Assembly (NCBI GenBank): GCA_030141605.1
Contig: JAQGDQ010000134.1
Span: forward strand, 62,001-126,000
DNA: 64,000 nt
Source: Tubiluchus corallicola
Lineage: Eukaryota > Animalia > Priapulida
Direction: 5' to 3'
Within the stretch, counting starts at the first letter, position 1. Each line of letters opens with the position of its first letter. The notes below the pieces were generated by a model that was not told the DNA's origin, did no database searches, and worked only from the letters and a program-made list of their open reading frames with translations. Below, piece by piece: positions 1 through 13,000 of this stretch. Both the position numbers and the translations under genes were made by a program.

Positions 1-119
1 GGTTAAGCGTATCCAAGATTAATACATCCAGATCCAGAATTAATGGCGCTAGTGTGAATGTAAAACAAAACAATACAACATAAATGAATAAGTGGAATAG
101 TTGACTACCACGCGCGAAA

Positions 120-200
120 AGGCAACCGAAGTTAAGCAACGCCATGCATGGTCAGTAAATAGATGAGGTCTACCAGGAAAACTGCCTCTGGACGCTTTCG
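120..200 (+). mobile_element. SINE fragment with 5S rRNA-like domain
   Basis: GAAGTTAAGCAACGCCATGCATGGTCAGTAAATAGATGAGGTCTACC is a degenerate match to the 5S internal control region (GAAGCTAAGCAGGGTCGGGCCTGGTTAGTACTTGGATGGGAGACC). Too diverged for a 5S gene. Confidence 0.5.
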
Positions 201-2528
201 TTGAGAAAGGGTGCGCTACATGGCTAAGAATTGCCTACTTTTAGTGACTTATTTTAGAGAATGTTATCCTTGATAATTAGCCAGGTTCCGGTCCTACAAC
301 ACCTATGTACATTAAGTATGAGTAGGCCTGAGTGACTGGATCAAAAAATAAAAATTCAAACGATAGCAGTATTATAATAATTCACTATAGATATTTATAT
401 ATAAATACAAAATAACAATGTCACACGGAAAACATCCTTTATAATCATCTTATTTAAATTATCAGTTAATAAGCTAGTGAATTTGCATTTATTATTTTTT
501 TTAAATCTTTTGATGACAAAGAAGGTAAAGTACGAAAATACGAAACTGGACCTGGTTTTGAACTTTTGGATTTCAACTCCAACATCTTAACGTACTAAGG
601 CCAAAGACGCCTTGTGACCAAGTCTGTGTTCTGCTAGGATCTATTATAGACATGGTTTCATCAAAAGTGCTGTGTGACATAGTGCTTTAGAAGCACCTTA
701 CATGCTTAATCGGACGTGTTTAAAAAAACTTCATTAATTACGTTAAGGTTATAAATTTACAAACCCGACTGCTGTAGCAATTTGAATCTTCAAATAAACT
801 GTGATGTATAAAAATCTCTCTAATTTCAATACCAGCGTTTCTACCAAACTCGCGAAGTAGCCATTCTGAGTTAAAGCTATAAATCACGGATTGTCTTGCA
901 TTAATAATTGCCACATTTGATGTAGAAGGCATCAAAATTTTCTGAATACGCCCTCTTGTCGGCTTACTTTGATCTTCATCTCGCAGTCTGCCTCTTTGGC
1001 CTGGTGGCTGGTTGGAGTTTTTCTGACAAATTATACTTCAGTGAAAGGTATTTGTACAACAGGAATATTCCAGAAAATATGCACATGCGTTGCAGGAGTG
1101 CTATGTCAAGTTTTTGATTTTTGACAATTTCATGGCAAAATTGGGAGTTCTAAAGTCAAACTAAGCCCTGACCATAATATCTATAATATAAGCTTCTACT
1201 GCCTACTCTCAGTGTGACTATTCGATTTATTTTACCATAATCTTACTGTAAAACCTGTTTGTTTTAATTTTGCATCACTTCTTTGTTAGTGATATTAAAT
1301 TTGAAGAACTGCCATTTTTCGTTGCGCGAGGCCAGTACAGTGTATGAGTACAGTCACGAGGTCACAAAAGATCGGTAAACAAGCATTGGTAACCTAAGAC
1401 GCTTTCTATACCTCGTACGTCATTCTCGCTCACTGCGTCAAAACCGCGAAACTTTACGACAAGGCCCGTTTTCGGAATTCTTTGTGTAATCATAACAATG
1501 CGTTCAAAACTTCAATGACTCTTGGGGTTATATAGGCCATTAATATGCCTGAAAGCTAGTTTCTTACAAAGATTATTGACGTCAAACATATTGGTCTATC
1601 GCTCCGCCCCGATGTAACGTAAGCAGCATTTGGGACAACAGCTCACATAGGACAACAACTGTCTAAGCTAAACTAAACTAAACTAAACATACCGTGTCAA
1701 TGTATTAAGCCCAACACAGACTAACGCATAGTTTAAAAACAACTTCAGGATATTTCACATCTAAATAATGAGCAGTACAACATGACATAAAATAATAAAA
1801 CAACATAAAATGAAATGATCTAATCAAACTTGACTGACTATATCCTTTTCTTGATTACTAAACCTCCGACAACTTTTTTAAGTAAGTAAATCCTGAAAAA
1901 CAATTTCCCGTTGTAAAATCTAGGCAGCCCACTGCGACGAATCTTTGAAATTCGGCCGGCAGGAGCTTCAAACACATCAAGTCTACGATAATCATCGCCG
2001 CAAAGCTTTTTGCAATTTGTCATAATGGCATAATTATTCCAACGACCAGATCTTTCCACGTCGTCCGTAACTCTTTTCTACCAGTTGTTTTACTAGTCAG
2101 CCTGACACTTCGCATCTGGCGTAAAAAACGGACGAGCACTAAAATTGTTTTATGTGGTTTTAACGAGTGATTAAACAGTGGCATTATGCTTTTCAAGAGC
2201 CGGCTTTTCCTGCAGTCTGATGCGAACAGCATGTCAAACACGCTTACGTAGAACATATTGCTGCCAGAAACAGTAGCTTAACAAAACACAATAAAGCGAT
2301 AATTATTAATTTATTTAATTACTGATTAAAGAAGATTAATTAATTGTCAGCACTGTAACTAATAGAGGCTGAGTTGTTTTTCCTTGTTATTGAAATATAA
2401 ATTACGTGATTAATGGATACAATTCGGTCGATTTGTCACAGGACGGGGCATAGCTTTTCGTGTTTTTTCATGTAGTGCTTTTACTCAATCAGCTGGTCAG
2501 TCAGTCAGTCAGCCAGCCAGTCAGTTAG

Positions 2529-2988
2529 ATTTAGATTAGATTTAATATTTTATTTCAAACTTTACAAAGTTCATATACACATCACAAATTAATACAATAA
2601 ATCATGACACAACAATAACACAAATAACGATTAACGATATAACAAACTACGCCAATGACGTCTAATTACAGAAGTAAAGTTTGCATCACTGTTTAAAATA
2701 TTCTTGCACATAAAATTTTCACTGTTATTCAACCTGACGTATAAACTGTATGCACATTTTCTGTGAATCACATCAAAATAAATAATATTAAGTCTAGTAG
2801 AAATATATCTAGCGCTCGTATCATATGAAAAGTTAAACAGCTTCCGTGTTGATACATTATATGCCACCTTGAGTTTGCTAAGATTGTAAGAATAAAAATG
2901 TCTCCAAGTGGACATACAATCAAAAGTAGTGCAGTATGCATTAAACAATTGCCTCTTCACGTTAACTGAACAGTGAGTAAATTTCATG
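2529..2988 (-). mobile_element. 5'-truncated non-LTR retrotransposon (ORF2 C-terminus plus 3' UTR)
   Basis: ORF 2631-2987 (CSVNVKRQLFNAYC...W...LSKLKVAYN...RKLF) resembles the post-RT region of invertebrate LINEs. It is followed by AATAAA and an (ATCTA)n-like tail, and flanked by a direct repeat AGTCAGTTAG (2519-2528, 2989-2998). Confidence 0.8.
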
Positions 2989-3759
2989 AGTCAGTTAGTC
3001 AGTCAGTTTGTCTATCTGTCTTTCTGTCTGTTAGCGAGTTAAATCTACTGTCAGCCACCAACTAGCCACTGAGTGAGTCACTCCATCGCCACAGTTGGCC
3101 AAACTTGAAATAAATAAAGATTATTGGCAATTTGCCACACTCATTTTTCTTTGTTAAGTATTTGTGTATTTGCGCTGTAGGTGTTTGTTATATGTATAAA
3201 CTGCCTAAAACGTGTTTATTGGCTGACAGCCTGCAGTTCTGACGCTCTGTTGCAGCTGCCATTAGATTGATTAAAGATCTCGATGAATCTGGCATTGCAG
3301 CTTAATGGCATTCATATGATTTGCCTGAAGAAAAATAGATGTCGCAGATTTATATTAATTTGTCGAGCCTAATTTATACCTTGGAAGTGTAACCTTGAAT
3401 TATTTCCATTTTTGCAAATCCGACTAGTACTGATACTACTCTCGTAACCCTAGCCGTTCTCTCCATCCGTGCCTCAATTCGATGCACAGAACATGACCAA
3501 CATCATGGACCGCAGCGCAAGCAAGTTTTGAAGTCAGTCTGAATAAAATGCAAATTTATTGACTTCGGAAGTGCAAACACATAAAAAGTACATATAAAAA
3601 GGGAAAAGAGATGAGTGCAGATCAGTGGAAGAAAAGTTAATAACTAAGTGAGAAGATGATGATGATGATGACGATGATGATGCAAGAATATACGGAGGTT
3701 ACACTCACATTTGCAAGCTGATGTTTGCAATATCATAACGAGTTTTACAGTCTATCAGG

Positions 3760-3802
3760 GTGTGTGCGCGCGTGCGTGTGCGTGCGTGTGCGTGTGTGTG
3801 TG
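3760..3802. repeat. (GT/GC)n microsatellite
   Basis: Direct reading. Confidence 0.9.
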
Positions 3803-3874
3803 AAGGATCGCCAGTAATGGATAGGCGGCTCTGATTAACTGTTTTATGCTAAGGTCAGAATTCACATTTGTGTA

Positions 3875-4040
3875 GGTCAATAGCTCAACAGTTACTGGTA
3901 CAGCAAATAGCCATGTAAGTAACAGGCTCTGGGATCGAATCCTGGTTGGTCCACAATTTTTCACTGCCTCCATCTTCAATTAATTAGCCGTTAGGCCGCT
4001 AACTGTTGAAAGCGTGATGTCTTAATGTGTTTGTACCAAA

Positions 4041-4043
<3 letters not shown>
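3875..4043 (+). mobile_element. tRNA-derived SINE, degenerate
   Basis: A-box-like TAGCTCAACAGT (3881) and B-box-like GGGATCGAATCC (3931-3942), then a short body ending in CAAACAAA. I could not fold an intact cloverleaf. Confidence 0.45.
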
Positions 4044-4121
<78 letters not shown>

Positions 4122-4128
4122 TGAGAGA
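4044..4128. repeat. (GA)n microsatellite
   Basis: Direct reading. Confidence 0.98.
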
Positions 4129-4990
4129 AGGGGAAAGAACGAGCAGTTTGAAGAAACGCTCACGTAAAGTGGACAGTCACGGATGTAAAACACAGCAACA
4201 CCTAATCATGCGGAAGTGAACGGGAACAAAAAGAGCTAACTAAAGCATGAGCAGAAGTGAAAAAATTAAGATTTAGAAGAAAAAAAGATGCTGCAACTGG
4301 GTAATTCTCGTCACCTGTTGGAACTAGAGCTGCTGGAAGATTTCTACTGAAGCCAGATCATCAATCACAGAGGAACATGTTATCCATCACTCCTCTCCAC
4401 ATCAAGCCAAATGAACTACGACTCTGTATTGAATAAATAAATAAATTTTCAGCCTGTAGGGTACACTGCGCCTCCTATTCCCCAGCATATTATGGTCTGA
4501 GACGACCCAGACTTGGGCGCACGTGCCACATTCATTAGCAAGTTGGTTGCCAAACAGGTGTTGAGCTGATAGCTGAACTTCTGGCCAAGTGTATGACCTG
4601 AATTATATAGTATGACAGATCACCGAGTATTACTGATAAGGCTTGATTAGATTCTTTATTCGGCAGTTCATCTCATTACGTAAGCGGACAGGTTGAGGCT
4701 CTGAATAAGATGGATTGATCAGGGAAACACTGTGTCAGTCGATATTGCTAACATTAACAGCAAGTTGCTTGCTCTGTTGTCCCTTTTAAGCAACGTATTG
4801 TGAGTTGTACACGAGAAGCTCTGTCCTATCATTGTCCATATTTCAGTTTGTGGACCCCCCCATTCTCCGAAACCAAGAAAGCTAGAATTTAAAACTTTAA
4901 GCCAGTTGGTGGTACCCTTTCGTTAAATGCCATATGATTAACGTGTAAAATCAATTTAACATTTTTAGTTTAATTTTAGCAAATTTTATG

Positions 4991-5142
4991 CAGCTGCTGC
5001 TACTGCTGCTTTTGTCGTTGTTGTTGTTAGCTGCTGTTGTTGCTGTTGCTGCTGTTGCTGCTGTTGTTGTTGGCGATGGTGATGATGATGGTGATGATGA
5101 TGACGATGATGATAATGATAATGATGAAGATGATGGTGATAG
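4991..5142. repeat. Compound (GCT/GTT/GAT)n trinucleotide repeat
   Basis: Direct reading. Confidence 0.9.
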
Positions 5143-8100
5143 TGTACTTGTTATTTGATAAACAACAGCTCTGGGTAGCTATCATGTAACCAGTTAGATC
5201 ACTTATAAAATGCTGCTAATTCCCCACTTTCTCATGGAGCGAAAAGAGAAAATGACTACATTGCCCTCACGTTCATTACTCTATACCCAAAATAAGATGT
5301 GCGTTAGCGCCCCAAAAAAGCAACAAAACGCATTGGAATAGATGACCATTGTTTTCTCGTCAAATTGATTTTGTAGTCTTTAGGGAACAGATGCACCTTG
5401 ACCTACCTTGCTTCACTTGGTCGGCAAGAATGTTCCTCAGACAAGACATGGTATTGTCTGATAATCTTCTCCTGCTGAGAGACACATTTTTGTTAAAAAG
5501 CTTTGGTGATCTGATCGTCGTCCGACCCGAATGTCGGCCGTTGATCTTATTCTTTTATAATGAGAGTCTTAGTTTGTTGACCGTGGCGACCTCTACACAT
5601 CATTGATAATATTGTGTGAGATTTGGCGTTGTACAACCGGAATAATTTTTAACTCAGTCATCATTTTGTTGCTGTTGCTGTTTTCATCGCTGCTGCCGCT
5701 ATTCATTATTATCGTCTTAATGTGATAAACTGATACTATTGCCTGAACTTACTATGATGGCCTTGGGCAACAGCTGATGTTGTTCCTGCTGCCACCTAAA
5801 TTATCATTACTGTCGTCACTTTCTTGCTGTTGCTGCTACTGTTGACTTGTTGCTGCCCCAGAACTTGGACAGTGACTAGGATGACGACAATAGTAGGGCC
5901 GATTGCTTTTGAGAGATATAAAATGTTGATGGTTCTTAGTAGATTTTAGGGGTGACTTCTGGTTACCTAGTGAGCAATTTTGTGCAGAAACTACTGTAAA
6001 TATCGTAATTTTCCCGAGCCAACGAGAAGAAGCGACAAGGTTTGGCATCACAACATAGACGTAGTAATATCAGTGAAAAATTAACATCGAAAAATAATTT
6101 AAATAAACTAAATCAATAAAATACTTCGACTTTAAACCCATAAATAATAATTAAATACGTGATTAAACAACATGCTAAAACATTCAGTATGTTTCGACTC
6201 TGTCTGTACTAAGTTTTTTCAACTGTGATACCTGTAATTCAATTTTATAATTATGCATTAATTGACAGCTTCTGTACATAGTAATGTTCATCGGCTATAG
6301 AACTAATTGGTATTTACAAGTGAGGTTAATTACACATTAAGATATTTCTATTTTGGGACAAAACATAGAACCAATTTAAAGTGACATAAATAGTTTAGCG
6401 ATTAGAGTTTCATCTGATATTTTTCATATAATTAGGAATCATCATAACATTCAACTGAACTGTATAGTAATAAGTTTTAGCTTGTCTATAAACATTTGGA
6501 TCAATCTAAATTGCAACGAGTGTTTTAATTATAGTATTAAGTGCAGTTTAGACATACACCTGCCATCACCATTAACATAGATCAAAGTCTGGTACCGACT
6601 AAGATTTTAGATTAATCCCAATATTTTACAAAAATTAAAAAAATGTTTTGCCTCATTGTAAATAGCAGTTACAGTTGATGAACTGTTACAGTACTACGCC
6701 CGGAAACAGCAAATGAATGCATAATTAGAATCTATAATTGTAGTTTTGATAGTTCAAAATAAATCCCAAAAGGAGTTGAAACGTCCTGTGTGTTTTATTG
6801 GGAATATTTTAATTAATAGACACCAGATTTTATAAGGCGATTGAACAATAGGTGTTTTAAACTGAGGCTTAGGCCTATACCATTTACAATTTGTGGGTTG
6901 TGAAGGGCATTAGTAATATTAACTATCTAAAATCACTTTAGAATCTCTGACTATAATAATGCAGGTCTGTAGAGAAATTACATGTTATGTTGTCACAAGA
7001 GAAGATTTGAACATCCAGATCTAAGCTCACTTAAAATTACATTATGATTTCACCAACGTGTTGAAGTATGCTGAAATTAACACTAGCATTTTAGGTGAGC
7101 TGGATGGCTAGGCTCCAATGAACAGGCATTTCACAGTAATTATCACGGTGGCCAGGTAAGCCCATTAGGCTAATTGGTTTCTGTGGAAAATCATAAGTGC
7201 TTTACTCAGCAGGTGTCACTCAAACTTTAAGTTTGTTTGACATGAATTTCGATCGCACTCTCTCTCGAGAGGTATTTAAATGGCGCCTTCGTCCTACTGG
7301 CGCCTGCAAAAATCAATGATTGAATCACTTCCCGGGATTTCCTACTGGTGCACACAATGGATCGGATTTTTTTACAAATTATTAATCCATGGTTGAATAA
7401 AGGTTGAGCTACGAGGCGTGAAAAATTCATAAAGCATGTTGTCAGCAAAGTGATGCATTGGCGCCTTCGGGTTTGCTCAAGTGAAGTCGAGAACAAAAGG
7501 CGTGTGTTCATGCTTAAAAGAATGCCAGCTTATAATGCTCTCTTTTTGTTGACAGATGTCATCACATTATGCACAATGTACTGTTACTAGCACTGGTGGC
7601 GCCATCTACCAATTTTTTTATTGAACTAACAAAAGCTAGTTCTTCTTTAAGGTTTCCACTTTAAAGTGATAAAGACTTCAAATCTTCTACTGAATGTTTG
7701 CTTGGGGTAAAGACTTGTATTACCATCATCGACGTCATCGTTATAGGTCAGTGTCATGCTCGTTGTCGTCATCATCATTGCCATCATGACACGAATTCGT
7801 CATTGTAGTCATCACATTTATTACGCTGTTCACTTTGGGACCAGCATTGCTGTCTTGTTCTTCTGATTTATTTTTGTTTTTCTTCTTTTTAATTTTTAGT
7901 ACATTTTAGCAGTCTTTATTCCACATTCAGCTTTCCCAAAATATCTGCCACCAAAATTGTCTAAACTGCAAACGCTTACCTCCATTAACCTTCTGAGGAA
8001 ATACCTATAAATCAATAATTTAGATCGGTTAGATATTGATCCGTCTGCCTGTCTGAGTTCCTGTGCGACAAACGTGACGTTGTATGCGACGTCACAAACC

Positions 8101-9441
8101 TGCTCTTGTCACGTGACCTTGCGTCTCCCATGGCTGACATCACGTCATGATTGTTGAGAAAAGCATGTCATGGCTGCCACGCGAAACGTGAAAACAAGAC
8201 GATGAAAAATGACCCTCATTTGTCAAATGTTTGACAGGCATTGTCGGGGGGCACAGTCGAAACTGGTCATGACTGCCTGTTACACATTTTAAAGTCCGAT
8301 CTTTTCCCTAAACTGACTTCAACTAGCTCATAATGGATGGGGTTGTGAAGCATGATATTCGCATTAATCTTTCATGGACGCTGAACTGTGCATTGTTAAT
8401 TAGTGTTACTACAACAGGCTGTTTTCTCTGTAAAAATCTTTGGTTAGACTCACGCTTATATGCATTGGATTGGTAAAACTTTTGAATAATGTAAACCGAG
8501 TGTGTAGAAGTAGCATCTATAATCAAAGGATTTAAAATCAAGAGTTTCAGATGGCAAAGGCACCCAACTTCTAGCTGCAAACAAGAATTTTTTGACTGCC
8601 AGTGGAAACTTTTCTAGCCACAATTCCACAAACTAAAATGGCAATTCAATTTAATTCAATTTGATTAAATTTGTTTCTTTGTCTCGGTCACAGTTAGTAA
8701 TATTTTGTAAACAAAAATTTTAATTACATGTAATCAAAAACCATACGGTTGTCAAGTCAAGCCACTCCTAACTTAACTAATATTTGCATTTGATGCAAGT
8801 GGTATGACAAGAGCATAAAAACAGGATAATATTAACTTATAATTAATAGTAACTCAATAATATCGTAGAATTTTGTAATTTGCAATTTAAGACTTCAGAA
8901 TTGCTTTTTAAGTTTAGTCATTGCCACGGGTTATAACTAACAAAATACCCAGTATTGCACGATTTCGTTCTCTTTTCACTTTTTTCTACAGTAAGCTCGA
9001 TTTAGCTGTGGGTATGTCGGATACACCTCGGGTAAAATTGCTGCATTGCAGACGCCAAATTCACTGTCCATGAAAATAAATACAAGGTGTAACTCTCGTC
9101 GCAATTGTTAGCCCCTCCCTCGCATTGTACAGGACAAGCTGTAGTTAATTTGTGTCCTATTTTCCATGTAAAGAAATACTCGAATAGAGTACTAGAATAG
9201 TCTGCCCTACAGGTGTTTAAGTTTTATGTTCGATACGACATTTGAGAGGGTAAGTACTCTGCTAACTAGCTTAAAGGAACTCACACTTTTGAAATATTTA
9301 TATTTCCTTCTGATCCTTTGATTGCTTGGTAATACGAATACGTAGGTATTGCTTTTCTAAACTTAAATTAGCAAAAGCAAAAGGATCTAAAATATAAGAT
9401 TCGGCTACTGCGAATTTTTCTCCCTACAAGCACATCTGCAT

Positions 9442-9575
9442 GTCGTTGCTGTCGTCATCATCGTCATCGTCATTGTCATCTGTCGTCATCATCATCGTCA
9501 TTATCATCGCCATCATCACCATAGTTGACTTATTGACATTGTAATTATCATCATCCTCACCATCCCGTCATCATC
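9442..9575. repeat. Degenerate (TCA/TCG)n repeat
   Basis: Direct reading. Confidence 0.8.
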
Positions 9576-9620
9576 AAGGAGAGAAAAAGTGAGTAAAGGG
9601 GAGAGAAAGTGAAAGATAAA

Positions 9621-9970
9621 TAGATGGATAGATGGATGGATGGATGGATGGATGGATGGATGGATGGATGGATGGATGGATGTCTGGATGTCTGGATGGA
9701 TGGAAGGATGGATGGATGGATGGATGGATGGTTGGATGGATGGATGGATGGATGGATGGATGGATGGATGGATGGATGGATGGATGGATGGATGGATGGA
9801 TGGATGGATGGGTGGACGGACGGACGGACGGACGGACGGACGGACGGACGGACGGACGGATGGATGGATGGATGGATGGATGGATTGATGGGTGGATGAA
9901 AGGATGGACGGACGGACGGACGGACAGACGGACGGACGGACGGATGGATGGATGGATGGATGGATGGGAG

Positions 9971-10003
<33 letters not shown>

Positions 10004-10015
10004 TCAGATAGACAA
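9621..10015. repeat. Compound (GGAT)n/(GGAC)n/(AGAC)n tetranucleotide repeat
   Basis: Direct reading; it explains the MDGW-repeat ORFs. Confidence 0.98.
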
Positions 10016-13000
10016 GAGAGGGAGAGAGACAGGGTAGGTAAATGAAAAGTGTTGGTTGGCTGAATTATGTCAATATTATTCTAAGTTTGAATTTCATTGT
10101 TCCTGGTCATCGTCTTCGGAGAAGCGGCCAGTGTCCAGACCGGACATTCGAGTCGGATGAAATGGTTCTTGAGAGCAAATGTCGCTACTTCCAGCAAATT
10201 ACTAGTGAGTTCAAACATGGCATTTCACTAATTGCACGTTTTAAGTAGAAGGTCAGTTATCTGCCGGACGTTTGCCGCCGGACTTGTAATGTGATTGGCG
10301 TCTGTGCTACCAAGCGCATTCAGTTGACATAGATGAAGATCAGTTTGTTATGCAGTTTTAGAGAAAGCGTTTTTGCTCGCAAATTTAGTTTTATTTTTAC
10401 GCGTTTTTACCGTAACGTTGCTTTCATTTTTAGTTTGTCTAATGTATTACTTTAGTTTTGTTATTTATGTTTAGGACGTTCAATTTTTAATTGTAATACC
10501 GCCACACAACATACACAAGTGGTTCATTACTACGGCCAAGCTACCACTGCCCTCACCCACACTAATGCCGTTGCTGTTACCATTATCTTCCTGCAGGTGA
10601 ATCTGTATTGGATCACAAAGCTATTTCTACTTTGTTCATATAAGCGTAATGGTTTATCTAACTGATTTATGTTCAGTAAAACTGTTGCCATATAATTTCC
10701 CTAGCGATAAAGAAACCATTTTCTATCGTTCTCCGCCTTTTGGTCCATCTGGGACGCAGTCTCCTACGTTGTCCCAAAACATTTATTCCTGATTGCTAGA
10801 TAAAATATTTAGCCCAATTCCAAAAACAGTGGCTAGATTTGCATTGTTTTACACGACTCAGTTAATCGATAATCACAGAATAGCAACTTAGCGGGGATGT
10901 AATTAAATCACTGCACGACCGAGAGTTTTCTGGCGAATTCAATTATTACGCAACACTCTTGTATTAAATATAACATCATTAGCGATTTCGTTATGATGAT
11001 AGTCAGTTTGTGTTGGGTTCCTGTGGGACGTCATCAAGCGCAGTGCATGTCGGGAACGACATAAAATATGATTCAGCTTGGTTAAGCTGCATCATTCATA
11101 AGCGTGATTTGTTCCACAGGAGTAATCATTTTTTCGTGACATGCCTGCCAATTTGTGGTTAACCTGTTAAAGATGTACGTTTTTTAAAGTTGTGACAATT
11201 CATATAAAATAAAAAATACTTACTAGACTACAAGGCACCAAACAATGTACTTAGACGCATGCAGAACCATAACCAACTTACAATGTCCAGTCCTAAATCT
11301 GACCTAAAGTTAATTGTCGGAGAAAGTCTGGAGAAAAGTGAATGCGCAATCGATGTTAATTGGCTTTGCATGAAAACGAATGTTCTGGTGGGGACTGCAA
11401 TAAAACTGAATTCAATTATTTCACTCAAGCACAAGTTAATCGCACTAGGCTTAAATTTATCTCAGCCTGTCAAAATCTTTGTTTATAAGCATATTGATTT
11501 TTTTCAATCGAAAAATTAGTTTCCGTGAATAGTAGGTTTCTAATCAGGTACAACGCCCATTTGTTGCTTAATATATTGTTGGGAAATTAGCGCTGTTGTC
11601 CATCTAACTATGAATGGCTGAAATCGTGCTGCGACAAAAGACCGTTCGCGGCAATATCTCTTTAACATGATCCCCCATCCCGTGGAGAGGGTCGCAATGA
11701 TTATCTGTGAAAAAGTATGCATATATTGTACCTTGTTTCTGTTTTTTATGGTAAGTTTTGCTATTTGGCACCTGTTGAATAGTTCATTGCAGATTGTTAT
11801 GAATTAAATAAATTAAATCTTTTTATTAGCATCACGATTATAAGACAGTCAGGATAATCGAACACGTTTTCTCAAGTTACGGAGCAGTACTACAGAAGAC
11901 AGTCATTAAAACTGGGGCACCGCTACAGCAATTATACACTAGATAAAGTATGAATTATCAATGTGTGTCATTCTTGAAAAAATCAGCATTTTCCTTTTCA
12001 TATTTCTATTTTGGATAATTTCGAGCTGCAATCTAAAATTAGGTACTATTTTCCCTTAACTCTTCAACTCATAGGTCACAACTGAGCGATTCCGAATGAC
12101 TTTATGAGCGAGCATAAATCGTGTCAAACTCCTCGGAGACGGTTTAAAGAAAGAAAAATTGTCCTCGCCTGTTAGATAAGAGCTTGGTGGCGAAGCCATA
12201 TAATATAGTTATATATGGCCTCGGCAAATGGCTTCAGTCAGTTGGGAAGTTTCAGAACGTCATTATCTTTTATAAATGATCAACAACAGTGAGCTAAATT
12301 TAAAGCAAGGTGACTGAACACTCAGTGAACAGGCCGTTGTTGGTGTAAACATCACTCGAAAAAAGTCGCTTATTTACTTGCTGCAGGAGTATGAGAAAAA
12401 ACAACAAAAAATCGTTGGAACAAGAAGTCGAACAAAATGAAGATTTAAGTTTTAGATAAGTTATTAGTCTGTGCTAGTCTACAATCTTACTTTATGGTCA
12501 AACTTATTCTCATTTGAATCATTTCTAATTTGTTGAGCTATCGTAAACATAGTCTGGAATGCGAAGCATTGGGTTAGTCGCTTATGTAACAATAAAAGTT
12601 ATAATAATAATTAGTAGTGGCATATTTTATCCCGAGGCCAAGGTTCAGCTTCCTAGTAGGTCCAAAAGCCAAATCATCGCCTTTTTCAAAATAACCAAAA
12701 AGGGAAAAACGTATTCCATGAACGAGAATAACTTCAACACTACGGCGAAACAAACATGTTTATAGACTACTTCGCGAGTCACCAATAAAAATCTCATGAT
12801 TAAGTTGATAACTGCAGTATGAAATATTACGCTTTAGACAAAATCCTCATTTGCGTTAAAATTTACGGATTTTCTCTTTAGTTTACAAATCTTCGTGCAT
12901 AAATCCCGACCGTAGATCTCGTCGCTTTGATATGATGGGGAAAAGCAATCGCATTGTGAAATTTATCCCCTTGCTGTTGACTCTTATACGTCTCTTGACC

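Noticed and set aside
120-200. 5S rRNA gene
   Set aside because: Only a diverged internal segment matches; no 5S 5' or 3' ends.
738-2256. Minus-strand ORFs of 65-78 aa
   Set aside because: No recognisable domain or consistent splice structure.
3875-3955. tRNA gene
   Set aside because: A- and B-box-like motifs are present but there is no consistent cloverleaf; treated as a SINE head.
9624-10045. MDGW-repeat ORFs
   Set aside because: Translations of (GGAT)n/(GGAC)n tetranucleotide repeats; not coding.
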